Shown here: positions 51,535 to 63,635 of the stretch, one piece after another
How positions within the stretch are numbered: the stretch's first letter is position 1
Layout: each line of letters opens with the position of its first letter
Source: Cystobasidiomycetes sp. EMM_F5
Taxonomy: Eukaryota
DNA: 64,000 nucleotides
Assembly (NCBI GenBank): GCA_051047955.1
Contig: JBPGPT010000003.1
Span: forward strand, 620,001 to 684,000
Direction of reading: 5' to 3'
The notes under the pieces: model-generated
What the model saw: the letters and a program-made list of their open reading frames with translations, nothing else
Databases searched by the model: none
What the model was told of the DNA's origin: nothing
Translations under genes and position numbers: made by a program

Positions 51535-52357
51535 CATGACATTCAAGCCCCTGTATGTAGTATCCGGATGGAAATGCACGTTGTCGGTACTAGAGTTCAC
51601 CCGATATGTATCAGTCACCATTTGATATTCGCATCTGTCATCCGCTCCGCAAGGCTGCATGACCCGTATGCATTGCTTTTCAGTGCGTGCAAGTCATGTG
51701 GAACGAGTAGCTCTGCGCTGCATGCTTGATGATCTTATTTACCACATCTCGTCGACCCGCTGAGACAGTGCATTCAGGAGAGATGCATATGGCGATATGA
51801 CCTATCTACATGATGGCAACCGTGACGCCCGCAGTACTCGAAGCTGTTGCTGGAAATGGGGTCCGACTTGTGGCATTGGGTCTGTCTGCCATCGCAGCTG
51901 CATGGAGTACCAGACTCGACCTACTCTTCACGGAATCCGATGAACGCTAAACTAACGGCGAATGGCACTGATACTTAGTCCAGCATCCTAATAGGCAAAC
52001 ACCGAGCGGCTCCATGAGTGCTGCCGCTGTTCGCAACCATCGCGGGGGCAGCGATGCATGGATATGTCTCGAGAGATGACAACAAAGCATGATAGTACTG
52101 CATGGCTCAAGCAAGTCAAGGAACAATCCTCGTTCTCCCCTAACCACATGTCCTGGTCTCTGGCGGGTGAGCCGTATGAGCCTGCGCTTGGGATGAACGT
52201 GCCTCCCGCGAGCCATGGAGCAACAGTTGCGGCGGTGTTTTCTGGGAGACAGCTCGGCGCTGCTTACAGCAGCCTGAGTAGGGAGCCATCAAGCGGCGCG
52301 TTACCTATACAGGACACCGTCAGCTTGTCATAGACCAGGAGATCCCGGTTTTGCGGG

Positions 52358-54934
52358 ATGGCGTGGCTGGACTGGCTGAGGGGCAAGTATGGACGAGATG
52401 CAGGGACTTCGCCCAATGCGGTCACCAGCCCTACTACATCTACCGCAAACCCCGCTGCATCATCCAGCGCACAGGCATCTAGTATGTTAATGGCCGAGAC
52501 TCCAGGCACGCGTCTCGTTTAGCACTGACGCTTACTTATAAGGCAATACGAGCCCGAGCCTTCTAACGCAGTTTTTTAGCAATGCGCAACCTCCACAGAC
52601 CGCTGGAACGAATACTCACAAGCCAACCTCTGGGACTGTCAACTTCGTCGTCACAATAACGACATTTTTTATTTTTATTTACGTGCTGGCAATCGAGATC
52701 TGGCTAATAGTCAATTCTGCTCAAAGTGCAAACGGCAGCATTGAGGTCCGTAGCCGGTCTTCGCAAGCGTCGCAAGCAGGAGCAACAACGTCTAGAACAC
52801 ATTCGCAAGCTCTGTATTCTTTTTCAATCACAAAAACGGACACCAAGTGGTCGCAGGAGACCAAGTATAGTGACAAGACGTCTGACATTGTGTTTTATGC
52901 CCTGCCCGAATCCACTACAGAAGTGGGCGTGAAAAGAGCGAGACGAGCCACTAGCCTTGCCGTAACACCAGTGGCAGCGGCTACTGCGTCACGCCATCAA
53001 CACAGAGCACTCAGCAAGCCAAATTCTGCATTTCAAGAGAAGGTTCCGACATGCCTCTACCATCCGGGATCACAACTGCCAAACGCGTCAGTTTAGGGAA
53101 GGTTCTAACTTCTGTGACTGACATGCTCCTACAGTGGCGGAGGAACGGCTCTGGCAGTATGCATTCTGTACGATGTCTGGATTGTGGTTTTCATTTTGTC
53201 AGTCATGGCGTATGAGCAGAAGCGACTGCGGTATGATCGGAGTACGCACTCGGCTTCGGTTGTGTGAGTTGTCGTCCTCAAGTGGAAAGCTCGTAGTAGC
53301 TGACTCGCCCGTACGGCAAAAGGGGTCTAATGGAGTTCTGGCTGTAAGGTCTGAACTGCAAGCGCAAGCCCAATGGCTGAGCACATCATCACCCAACAGA
53401 GCTAGTGACGTTCTCGTGAGAGGCGTCGAGGTGCAACTCCAATTAGCCGCAATCTTGCTCATTTTAACAGCGCTTCCGAATTTGTGGTACGGCTTACCCG
53501 AAACATATCGGCAACGGGACAAGCTGTTCGCGCTTCTGCTTGCTCGAGCAGACTGGGCAACGAGCAGACCTGGGGCTGTAGGTCCGGGTCTGCCTGGCCC
53601 TTCCGGTCCAGGAGCATCCGCTGCGCAAACGGGTGCACCCCCTGCTGGGGCTCCTGCTCCTGCTTCTGGGGCGGCCCCGGGTGCCGTGCCACCGCAAGCA
53701 TCCGGCGGACCCCCTGGTGCAACCGCGGGCGCGCCGCCTGGTCTAGCACCCACAGCGCCTGCAGCTCCGCCAATCGTTCTGCCAGAGAAAGATGTTGGTG
53801 TAGTCTCACTTACAACGCTTACTTCAATACTGATCAAGAGCTTATCTGCAGCTAATCGCGACCAACGACCTGCCAGCATACGTATATGATACTTCATTAC
53901 TAACTGGCTTGAGTCAGTCAACTGCACGCTCATACCGTCGAGCCGTACTCAAGTCAGATTCTACGAACAGGCGGTGCGGAAATCAAAGAACGCTTCGGAG
54001 AAATACCCGAAGAAGGTGCGTTGCCTTCCGTTGTTCGATGACGACTAGCCTTCTTTAGTGTCTTTCGCTAAAAGTTCTCTTCCTGCATGTGCGCCCACCC
54101 GATCCCGTGATTTCGTTCACGCACACTTCGATGCACCAAACCACTTTACAATCTATGGGCCGTTGGTGGATCTTCCTCGATGCCCGCGGGCTGTTCCGAA
54201 CGGCGCTTGAACTCGCCCCCAATGTTACGCGTATACACCTCCTGGGCATACACAGTTCGAAAAGGTGGGCATGCGGCTGAAACACCGTCAGGATGAGAAA
54301 ACGCCTGACCGCGCACCCCTCTCCTTTTTCTCTCCTTCAGCATTGCCTGGCGGAATTCCTGATTATCGCAATCGGCAATTGACGATGGAGGAAATGATGT
54401 ACAAAGCTATGTTCGATTCTGGCGGCGGAGCTTCAGGCGGAGCCAGTGGAGGAACTGGTGCAGGTACAGGCGGGGGTGCTGTTTCAGGTGGTGGGGGCAT
54501 GGATCGTATGATGATGGTACGTGTCGCTCTAACTGCGCTAGGTTCAGCACCTGGCAGGCTGCAATTTGCCTTTTCCGCGGCTCTATAGCATACAATCGCT
54601 AACACTTGTCATACAGATGATGATGATGCAGCAAATGTTCGGGGGAGGCGCATTCGGCAGTAAAGGCGGCATGATGCAACAGCAGCAACCTCCTGGACCA
54701 AGCGGCAGTATGTCGGCCTTCCCACAACAGAACGCATATGGTCCAGGCGGATACGCTCAGAACCTGGTCGGTTCATTGAAAATACAGCATAGCATGCTAT
54801 AAATTCTGATATTAATATCGCAGAATGCTACCCAATTGGGCACTGGGCCATTGGCTGGAGGAGATTCTGCTCTAGCGAGACTTATGCAAAAAGAAGCTGC
54901 CAAAAACGCCTTACAACAGCAATTCGGGGTCTGA
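52358..54934 (+). CDS. Orphan ~4-TM membrane protein, tandem copy 3
   Basis: Starts MAWLDWLRGKYGRD, similar to the copy 1 start. Same motifs. Ends DSALARLMQKEAAKNALQQQFGV*. Confidence 0.8.
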
Positions 54935-55258
54935 GCCTGTCGCAATACGTTAAAGAAGTCAGTGTCGCTGTTCTCCCCCTCTTGCTCATGCAAAGTTGCC
55001 TTCTAGAGACACCGCTTCATAATGAAGGCTGCGTGGTATCACAGCGCATTGACAAAAAAGCTTTACGCCGATTGCTCATGGCGTAGACATCGACTCATGC
55101 ACATGCGGAATTGGCGGGTACAATTGCAGATTGAAAGTCGCATGTTCAGCGCGAATTCTGCTTGATCCGCAGCACATGAAAGTACTGAGATGCAGGCATT
55201 AAGCGTCATACAATAGAGCTGATTACGGAAGTCCTCGTCGAATTCCATGCGCATATTT

Positions 55259-57438
55259 CTACTGCTCGTCGTCTAATTCTAGCCAACTTTGGCTTTGCGA
55301 CATTGGTACATTCCGTGCGTTACGGCAACCAGATAGTTGCGCTGGTTGCGACAACAGTTCTCGGCTTTGCCGCTCATGCCTGATCCACTGCCGGGTGTGT
55401 TGACTTGCTTTGCGCACAATCGTCGGTAATGGCGGTACGAAGGAAGAAGCTTCGGACTGTCTATCAGCTTCTGCAGCTGCTTCCGTCGTTGTGTAAGAGA
55501 CGACAGAAGGTGCTCGTGGAAAAGTCGGCTCGCTGCGTTTTGTTCTGGCGGGTGGCGGCGTGGCCGTGTACGCTGTATGGTCAGTCATTGGCCCACCGAA
55601 TGTCGAAAGCGCTTGCAGCGGTATTTTCTCTTTGAACATAGTCGATGCTGACCTCTTGCTCATTGCAGACCTCGGTGTTCCTGGCGTGCTGGGCACCGCT
55701 CTTGGCATGCTGAAGGAGAGGTATACGTAGAATCCTACCGCGACGCCCGTCGGTACAGCGTAACACCATAATGACAATGTGTAGACAACGAAAACGATAG
55801 TCACGGTGTCCCAATCTGGGATCATACGGTATATGACAGCTGCGCTTGCTGGAATGAGCTACTACATCGCGGCTTAGGATAATCTGAACCTACAGCAGCC
55901 AATTATGAAGGCAACCAACCCCATCCACGCGAGGTTCGTAAACACAGATAACTCCGTTCGAATTCGGGCCAATTTTTTGGCTCGCGTCAGAGGGAATTCC
56001 GGAATGGATATATGGCCCGCAAGGCGATTCGCGCGATGTGCAAGACCAGTAGGTACCGGTTCGAGCCTCTCGGCGGAATCCTTTGCGAACCGAACTGTTA
56101 CTGGCACACTTCCGTTGCAATTATGGCACACAACGGTCGCTGTCTGAGCAAGGTACTTGTCGAAGTTCGGAGACTGCTGGTAGCCGTCCTTTTGCACTTT
56201 GCTTGTATTGGCCCTACGGTCGCGCCCTGTCGAAGCATGATCGTTTGGTGCAGTGTGCCCGATGTGCTGGCTTCCTGCTCGAAAATAGTCCTCTGCCGCC
56301 CTGATCTACATTGTTGTTAGTCAGCTGACGCAGGCCATCATGGTTCATGAAAATATCTCAATCCACTTACGAGACTAGAAATCTGCTGATTGAGCAGACT
56401 AAACAGCTTCCAGCCGACGGTGAATGATACGACAGCATACACGACCGAGAGCGATACCCAGACTAGAAGCTGTACGCGAAGCGCATGAGTCGCTCGTTCA
56501 TTCTCGACCAAGAGAAGTTGCGCTTGCGGAAGTAAGGATGTAAGGGCTGGAAAACCAGCAGACGTGACCGATGGCAGATTCAGATATTCAAGCATCGTCG
56601 CCATGGTGGCGTCTGCGCGGTTGAGCCAGTAGTCATTGATAATCGGCGCTACCATGATGCCAGCTGTCACTAAGATGAGCCATACACAAAACAAAGTTGT
56701 TCCGAAGACCCTGGCGTCGACTGCGGCGCCTTTCTTTCTAAAGAAGAATCGCATGACTTTATTCTCAAAACCCTAATCTTAAGTATTTTAGCAGGTCCTT
56801 CAGCTCGCACGTCTGTTAGTCTTAGGAACTCACCACTGGCAAAGATCGATAGTACGAAAACAAATTCACTGAAAACATTGCTGAAATGATGACGAAGCTA
56901 CGAATTCGTCACAGTCAGCCACAAAGGTCTGTCTGCGCCATCCTCAGCATCCACCCACCAGCTGAGTTGGAAAGCGGCACTTCCACGTAGATATTGCCCT
57001 GTTGACTGCTGATGAAGGAGTAAGGCGGAATAAATGATAGCCGTCGTGGAGTATGCGGCCAAGAATCTGATCCAAATCTCCGTTAGTATTGTGGACAAGC
57101 TCGAGAATTTGGCTACTGACAATTGCACCATCACAGTTGAGTTGAGACGTGTTGTGTCCTGGTGTTGCCGAGTCAACCAGAAGTGTCCATTGCGTCTGCG
57201 GAAGTCGGTTGCAACAATGATACAAATTATAATACTACAGGAGTCGCAGGCAGGGTGAGCAAGTTGTCAAACTGTAGCAGCAGACAAGAGGCACTCACAA
57301 TGAATGCAGAACGATTCCAGAAATGACATTTGCGTAAAAGCGCATAGGCTGAGAGGGCATCCTTTGTGCCTCCAGGAATCGCGTTAGCCACGCGACTGGA
57401 TCTTGCTGCTGCGCGAGCATCGAAATCAAGGCATCCAT
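55259..57438 (-). CDS. Orphan multi-pass (~7 TM) membrane protein
   Basis: ATG 57438 (MDALISMLAQQQDPVAWL...), TM1 followed by RRRNGHFWL, further hydrophobic ORF segments at 56898-57176, 56338-56754, ~55900 and ~55750, a long polar loop before the last two TMs, and an S/P-rich tail. Internal exon boundaries are only partly resolved. Confidence 0.7.
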
Positions 57439-58272
57439 AGATAAGCCGGCATCTCTCGCAAACAGCGACATGTTCGGGTCGAGTAATGTTGGAGTGCACT
57501 TTGAGATATGGCGATGATGTGTTTCCCTGATTCACAAACTTGTGGCGGCGCAATAGCCTCGTGTGCCGGGAGACAACAGAGCGAAGAGAAGACTGGCAAA
57601 GCATGCGTGTGCGGCGAGTCAGATTTTCCGGAGTACACATGACATATCCGGACCAAACATCAGGATGAGGTAGGTGCGCTTGTGCGCGCGATATTCCGGC
57701 AATACTCTTTCAAACCGCTGGCAGCCGAACGCTGCGGATGGGAAGCGATGCCATTCGTTCTCCTCTGCGATGTTCACGGAAGATGCGTAAGTAATATAGG
57801 AATAAGTCAGCGTGATTGGCGTGCCTCCATTCGAGGGGTTTGCGATATTGTTAGCAAATCTTCTCCGACAGCATACGCAGAGCGAATCAGGGTGAGAGGG
57901 GAACCGGAAGCCTTGCACGGCCATAGGATCCCAGACGGTGATTAGTAAACAGCCAAATTGAACGGCACCGGTAGCTCTGGCTGTCTATCAAGATGCCGGC
58001 TTCCGAGCTGTCTGTGACTCTCTCGGCTGGACGCTGTCTGGTATGTCGCCTTTCTGAGAGAGATGTTGTGGCAGATGTCCCCTCAGCGACATCATCGTCA
58101 CCAATTCCAGTCGAATGCTGAGCTCTTGCTCTTCCATGTTGCCAACCTCCAACCGTCGCGTCCTGCACCGACGTCAAGGATGCGATCGACCTTTTCGTGC
58201 ATCCCAATTCACCGCGACCCGTCCCAAGCCTTGCTTCGCTCACCAACACAGTCTCGTCTCCAGTCTGTCAGC

Positions 58273-59192
58273 ATGTCGCTACCAGCCTACATTGTCAGCT
58301 TAAACTGCGCCTTCGAGTTTGGCGTGCTCAGCAGTTTAATCGTGCGTCACCGACAATGTGCCGTGCAGAAATAGCAAAAGCTGATATAACTTCTTGCCTG
58401 AATGTGCCGACTACTACCCATTTCATTCTTCCCATCCGCCGCCTCAGCTACCAATGCCGCTCACCATCCGCAAAAACTATCTGCGGTTCCTGATGACGAG
58501 CCCAGTCGTTGCAAAAGTCACCTACGCAATCAAGATTTTCCAGATATTCGTTGCGATCCTGTTTGTAGACTCGTTCCGGACAGCCTACATCGTGACGTTC
58601 AAGCCGGAAGCCGAAGGGTTCAACAGCGGATTAGATGGGTATGTGCCGCGTATTTAGTGAATAGATTTTGACACGACGAGCTCTTTGCTGACTGGGTATT
58701 ACTGCACTCAACAGTGGAGATGCATCAGTAACCGCTATTCCCGGCTCCAATTCGAGAAAATTACTGGCCGAACGGAATATGGCCTTGACGTCCGTGTCTC
58801 TGTTTCTCGCGTTCCTCATCTGGCGGGTCTACGAACTCAACATGGAGAACGTCCGCTTTGGCGAGACTGCCGCAAAGCTGCAAGGCGTTGATGTAAGTTC
58901 CGGCCATCTCGGGTCACACAGGCAGCCCATCCTGATACGCCTACGCACAGACTGGTACCCCTATCGATGAGCACCGCGATACCTTTGCTAAGAACTACGA
59001 CGACAACAAGGTATGTCGACGGGCGCTGGTATTATGGTTTTGGATTACAGCTAAGTTCTTCTAATCTCCACTCAGCCGGATCATCAAGCGGCTACTCGCA
59101 AGCGTAATCTACACAACAAAGAAGCACCAGTACCGGATCACGACGATAGTATAGCAGCTGAGAAGATCGCGCCAGTGACATCGAAGCAGTAG
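58273..59192 (+). CDS. BAP29/BAP31 (Yet-like) ER membrane protein
   Basis: MSLPAYIV...FEFGVLSSLI|LPMPLTIRK, FVAILFVDSFR and RKLLAERNMALTSVSLFLAFLIWRVY. Confidence 0.82.
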
Positions 59193-59442
59193 ATGGGTCT
59201 CACTGTCTTTAGTCACGGAGCCATGTCTACTCGACGTATGCAAACAATGTGCCAGTCCAATCAGTCAGTACAGTAGAATGACGGATACCGCAATAGAAGT
59301 GCCCATGCGAAATGGACAGGCTATTGTATTGACCGCCACACCCTTATGACCTTGCGCCGTACGCGTCACCGAGAGTCGAGCATGTTGGTCTCCACCCAAC
59401 CGGAGCACACTCTGTTGCATCTGATTCGCACAATAACACAAA

Positions 59443-60444
59443 ATGGCGTTCCTTGCTACAGCACATCTGCCAGGCCAGTCATGGTCGTCTGCTCCCAGCT
59501 ATGATTTTGTGTCATATCCGGGTGCTGCCTCGACATCCTCCAGCTATGGCTCCGGAGACCCCACGTCACATACGCAGCAGCCAATCATGACTGGTACCTC
59601 AGTTCTCGGTATCAAGTACAACGGAGGAGTCATGCTTGCTGCAGATACGCTTGGTGAGTGTGGTTCTGTCATTACGATGCTTGCGCCGTAGCGCAGAACA
59701 GCAGGCGTTCACCGACGCCCGACGAGTATAACGTCACTTACCTTCTTGTGCACGTATGAAGCTTCGTACGGTTCTCTGGCCCGCTTCGACGATGTGCAGC
59801 GATTGCATCCAGTCGGGACACACACTTGCGTGGGCGCGAGCGGCGACATGTCGGATTACCAAGCTTTGCAGCACCTTCTCGATACAGTAACGACGAATCA
59901 GAGTCAACTAGATGATGGCCATATCCTCCGTTCGTCTCAAGTGTTCGAGTACCTCAGCCGCGTCATGTACAATCGGAGATCCAAGATGGACCCGTTATGG
60001 AACGCTCTCGTCGTAGCTGGATGGGAGTCTGGCAGTATCGACAGCGACGGAAAGGCAGTAGGCGGAGAGCCGTGAGTTATATCTCGCTTTGTACGAAGGT
60101 GCTTTGGCTTATCATCGATTCTCGACAGGTTCCTATCTTTTGTTGATTTGCAAGGTACAACATACACTGCGCCCAGCATAGCTACAGGGTACGGCGCCTA
60201 CATGGCTCAGCCTCTCATGCGCAAAGCTTTGCAACAAGCGGGAACGGGATTGTCACTCGAAGAAGCGGAAGAGCTGCTCAAGACGTGCATGAAGGTATTG
60301 TTCTACAGAGATGCACGCAGCATTAACAAATTTCAAATTGCAAAGATTACGAAGGACGGAGTCGAGATTTCAGATTCAATGTCGGTAGAGACGAACTGGA
60401 AGTTTGCAGAGAACATAAAGGGGTACGCTCATCAAACACAGTAG
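59443..60444 (+). CDS. PRE4: 20S proteasome subunit beta-7
   Basis: HTQQPIMTGTSVLGIKY.GGVMLAADTLASYGSLARF, SGDMSDYQ, VMYNRRSKMDPLWN, ATGYGAYMAQPL and CMKVLFYRDARS. Confidence 0.96.
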
Positions 60445-60545
60445 GGTTTTTGGCGTTGTAAGACAAAGTGTTGCCCGGTATGCTGGAGCTGCGCAATCCT
60501 GCTATATATGGCAACAACAATAGCACGTCCATTGACTACACTTGG

Positions 60546-60964
60546 TCACTCCTCGACGTTGTTCTCCACAAACGTCCGGATACTCGCTTCGATATCCGCT
60601 TTGTCGGATGCTGGAACGGTAGCTGTGGCACATTCAGCATCGGATCAAGGATAAAGACATAGATACAGTGTCATAGCTCACCTCTAGCATGCGCTAGTAC
60701 AAGCTGCATTAGCTCGTCCAGATGTATAGTGCCTTCGGCATTCGAAGCTTGTTCTGCAAAGCATCCTGAGCACTAACTCGCATTGTCCAGTATCAAAAGA
60801 CACATACCATTCGCATACTGCTTGAGCGATGTGTCCCATTCAGACGATTGTAAGCTGTTGAACAACTTTTTGGACATCCGAGCCCAGTCTCCGGATGAAA
60901 CCAGTCTGGCGTGAAGAGATTCAATGAGGGCGTCCACCTCAGCGTCCTTTTCTGAAGTAGTCAT
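60546..60964 (-). CDS. SUS1: SAGA/TREX-2 subunit Sus1 (ENY2)
   Basis: ~100 aa spliced product with RLVSSGDWARM..L...L..SEW, LDELM and ARATVPA.DKADI...IRTFVE. Confidence 0.85.
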
Positions 60965-61086
60965 ATTTCTGCGACGCCATGCACGTTTCGTGCAGATCTA
61001 ACATGACATTGTTTGTGACGAAAACAAGAAAGGGTCTCCAGCATGAATTGGTCTTGCCTTTGCTCACAATTCCCGCTTTGCGGCCA

Positions 61087-61492
61087 ATGGAGTCTCTGCA
61101 TCCCCCGTGTACACCGCTCAAGAACAAGTACGATAGTTGCTTCAACCACTGGTTCGATGAATATTTGCGACTGGCAGCACCCCAGCGGCCGCCGACTGCC
61201 CTCACACCGACATCGTCACACGCAAACGAGAACAACAAAAGCGCCGAAGAGCGACAGGGTGCGATAAGAAAGAAGGCGGAGGAGTACGAAACGCGTTGTG
61301 GGGAAACATGGAGAGCGTATCGAAGCTGTTTACAAGTGTGTCGAACGTGTAAGCTGCATAAATGAAACGGGCTTATGGGTTTTCGTCTCGTGACAGGCAG
61401 GACTTCACGAAAAGGATCTGAATTCGTTACTGAGTGAAGCAAGAGAAGAATTCCCACTCAAGAAACCCGCAGACGTGGACATGGATGCATGA
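61087..61492 (+). CDS. MDM35: Mitochondrial twin Cx9C protein Mdm35/TRIAP1
   Basis: SLHPPCTPLKNKYDSCFNHWFDEYL ... CGETWRAYRSCLQ..L.EKDL..LL.EAR. Confidence 0.9.
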
Positions 61493-61714
61493 CTGTGAAG
61501 AAGTAAATAAAACCCGATTCAGGATCGAGGTGCGCATCCCTGAACGCTGCTTCAATGCTTATTCATGCTAATTGTGGCAGAATGAATCAATACAGATCAT
61601 TTCCTCGTTATACATCTCTAATCTCTCACGGGCCGTCATTTTGGGTTATCATGGCGAGCAAGGCCAGAATGGCAACCTATAGGCAAGACTGGCTGCGGAG
61701 ATTTTTAATCACAC

Positions 61715-63188
61715 TCACCGTGCGCCGTACCCATTTTGATTGCCATATGTCCTGGCATGGGCCTCTTCGACCGTCATGGGGTATCTCGGTGCTTCGCCAG
61801 GTTTGATGGTAGAGCCATCAGGATTCAGCAGACCGCGCTCTGCACGGACTTCAGCTTTGGCTAGAGTCTGTTGTTTACGCAGCTTCAAGCTTGCATATAC
61901 TGTAACCAAAGATAATTTGTCAGCCAAGATTTGACAAAAAAAAAATGGTATTTTCAAAGATCAACTTGCGTGTAACCAAAACGAGAATGCCCACGGCTAT
62001 AACTTTTGCAACCTTGACTCCTCGCGAATTGTTGGATGGATTACCAAGAGCTACAAAGACAATGTTCTTCGGCAGCGAGAGGATGACGGAAGCCATGTAT
62101 CTGTATATCGCAAAGTCAGCAGTTGTATGTAACATGTAAATCAAATCAATCGGCATCTCACAATAAGAAAGACATTCCTGTCGTTGCGAAAAGTGGATTT
62201 GCCAGATCTGAGAATAACGGCTTGAGTGGGAGGTATGCGCTGCTTCATCGGAAACAGACTCACGAGGCGGCACTATGCTGTAGCGAATAAGCATCACGTT
62301 CCAGAAGCCTGACCGCTGAAGCACTCTTGCAAGAGCTTCCCACTTGATGTTCTTCTCCCTCTTTCTGTCGACGTAACCGGTAAATCCGTATTTGAACAAA
62401 AGAAAGCACAATGCTTCTCCAAGAATCGTGCCCAGACACGCAATGCCGATAGCGATGCCAAGTCCAAAGGTAAGTCCTGTAACGACTGTGCGATAAAGCT
62501 ACTTTCAGTCTGCTGCAGACTAGTCGCAAGCATCAAGCCAGCTCACTAAGCACAACCTCGTGTCCGAAAAGAGGAGGGATGGATAATATGATTAAAATCA
62601 AAACTGGTAACAGCCACGACCAGGACTTTCGGGCAGACAACCAGTTTGTCAAGGGCTGTACCCAGCGTTCAAAGTCGGATTTGTAGACTTCGAATAGAAT
62701 GATTATGATCAAGACTAGAATCGCTAATGGAACCATCCTAGAGACAGAGGAGACCACGAGATGAGCATTCCATCAGAGTATCAGCTTTGCGATGTGAATG
62801 CTAGTCGCATTACATACCAGTATAACCGCTTCTTCGCTTTATCTGTGAGATGGAAGCGGCCCCGCTTGACAGTCTCTTGTGCAACAATTTGCTGTTGTTG
62901 CTGTCCATTCATCTTCTGTGATTGGTATCCTTCGTACGAATATGGATTACTAGATCCATTGGCTCCACTCCCGTAAGCTTGCGTTTGCTGCTGTGCATTC
63001 GCTCCGTACGCATACGGATGTGACGCTCCTTCAGTCTCAAAAGGATTCTGTTGCTGCTGCTGTAGATGGCCATTGCCGTAGCTCCCGTAATTATCGCTAG
63101 CTTGCGGATGGCTTGCATAGGCGTTCCCGTGAGGCAGTGGCGCTTGACCATAAGCAGACTGCGGGTAAGCGGCATCCTGGGTGGCCAT
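61715..63188 (-). CDS. TVP38: Golgi membrane protein Tvp38 (SNARE-associated/DedA-VTT family); ends approximate
   Basis: WLLPVLILIILSIPPLFGHE, GTILGEALCFLLFKY, IRYSIVPP and SVILSLPK. Q/Y-rich N-terminus. Confidence 0.85.
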
Positions 63189-63635
63189 GGCTTGCAAGTC
63201 GCCCGTGTCGGGCGTTTGTGTGTCTTCCCAAGTCCCTGCTCTGTAGCTTTCCGTCAAAGAGGCGTAGCTGTCAAGTTCGGCGACAATAACGATGCAAACT
63301 GCACCGGTCGGCTATTTATACATCTGATGTGTAGAGCATGGCAGCAGGAGCAGAACAGAACTTTAGACTAATAACGAGTGAAGGGAGCTTGACAGTGTAC
63401 GATGCAGCGGAGAAGGTTTTTCGAAAACAAAAAACCCCTGGTGACGAGTTGCGGGGCGCCAAATCTTCATTAAGCTGTAACTAAAGAGACACTACTGAGC
63501 TTTTTGATCGTCGCATCTTGCCTTCGAAATAGACTGTCCACGTTTGCGTCGACGTCTGCTGCCAACAGGGGCATGATGTACATAATGGAGTGGTCTGAGG
63601 CGACTCTTAAACGAAAGGCGCACATTAGTCGTGGC

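Noticed and set aside
51550..52340. Small ORFs between copies 2 and 3 (e.g. 52058-52333)
   Set aside because: No counterpart beside the other copies and no motifs; likely intergenic or promoter sequence.
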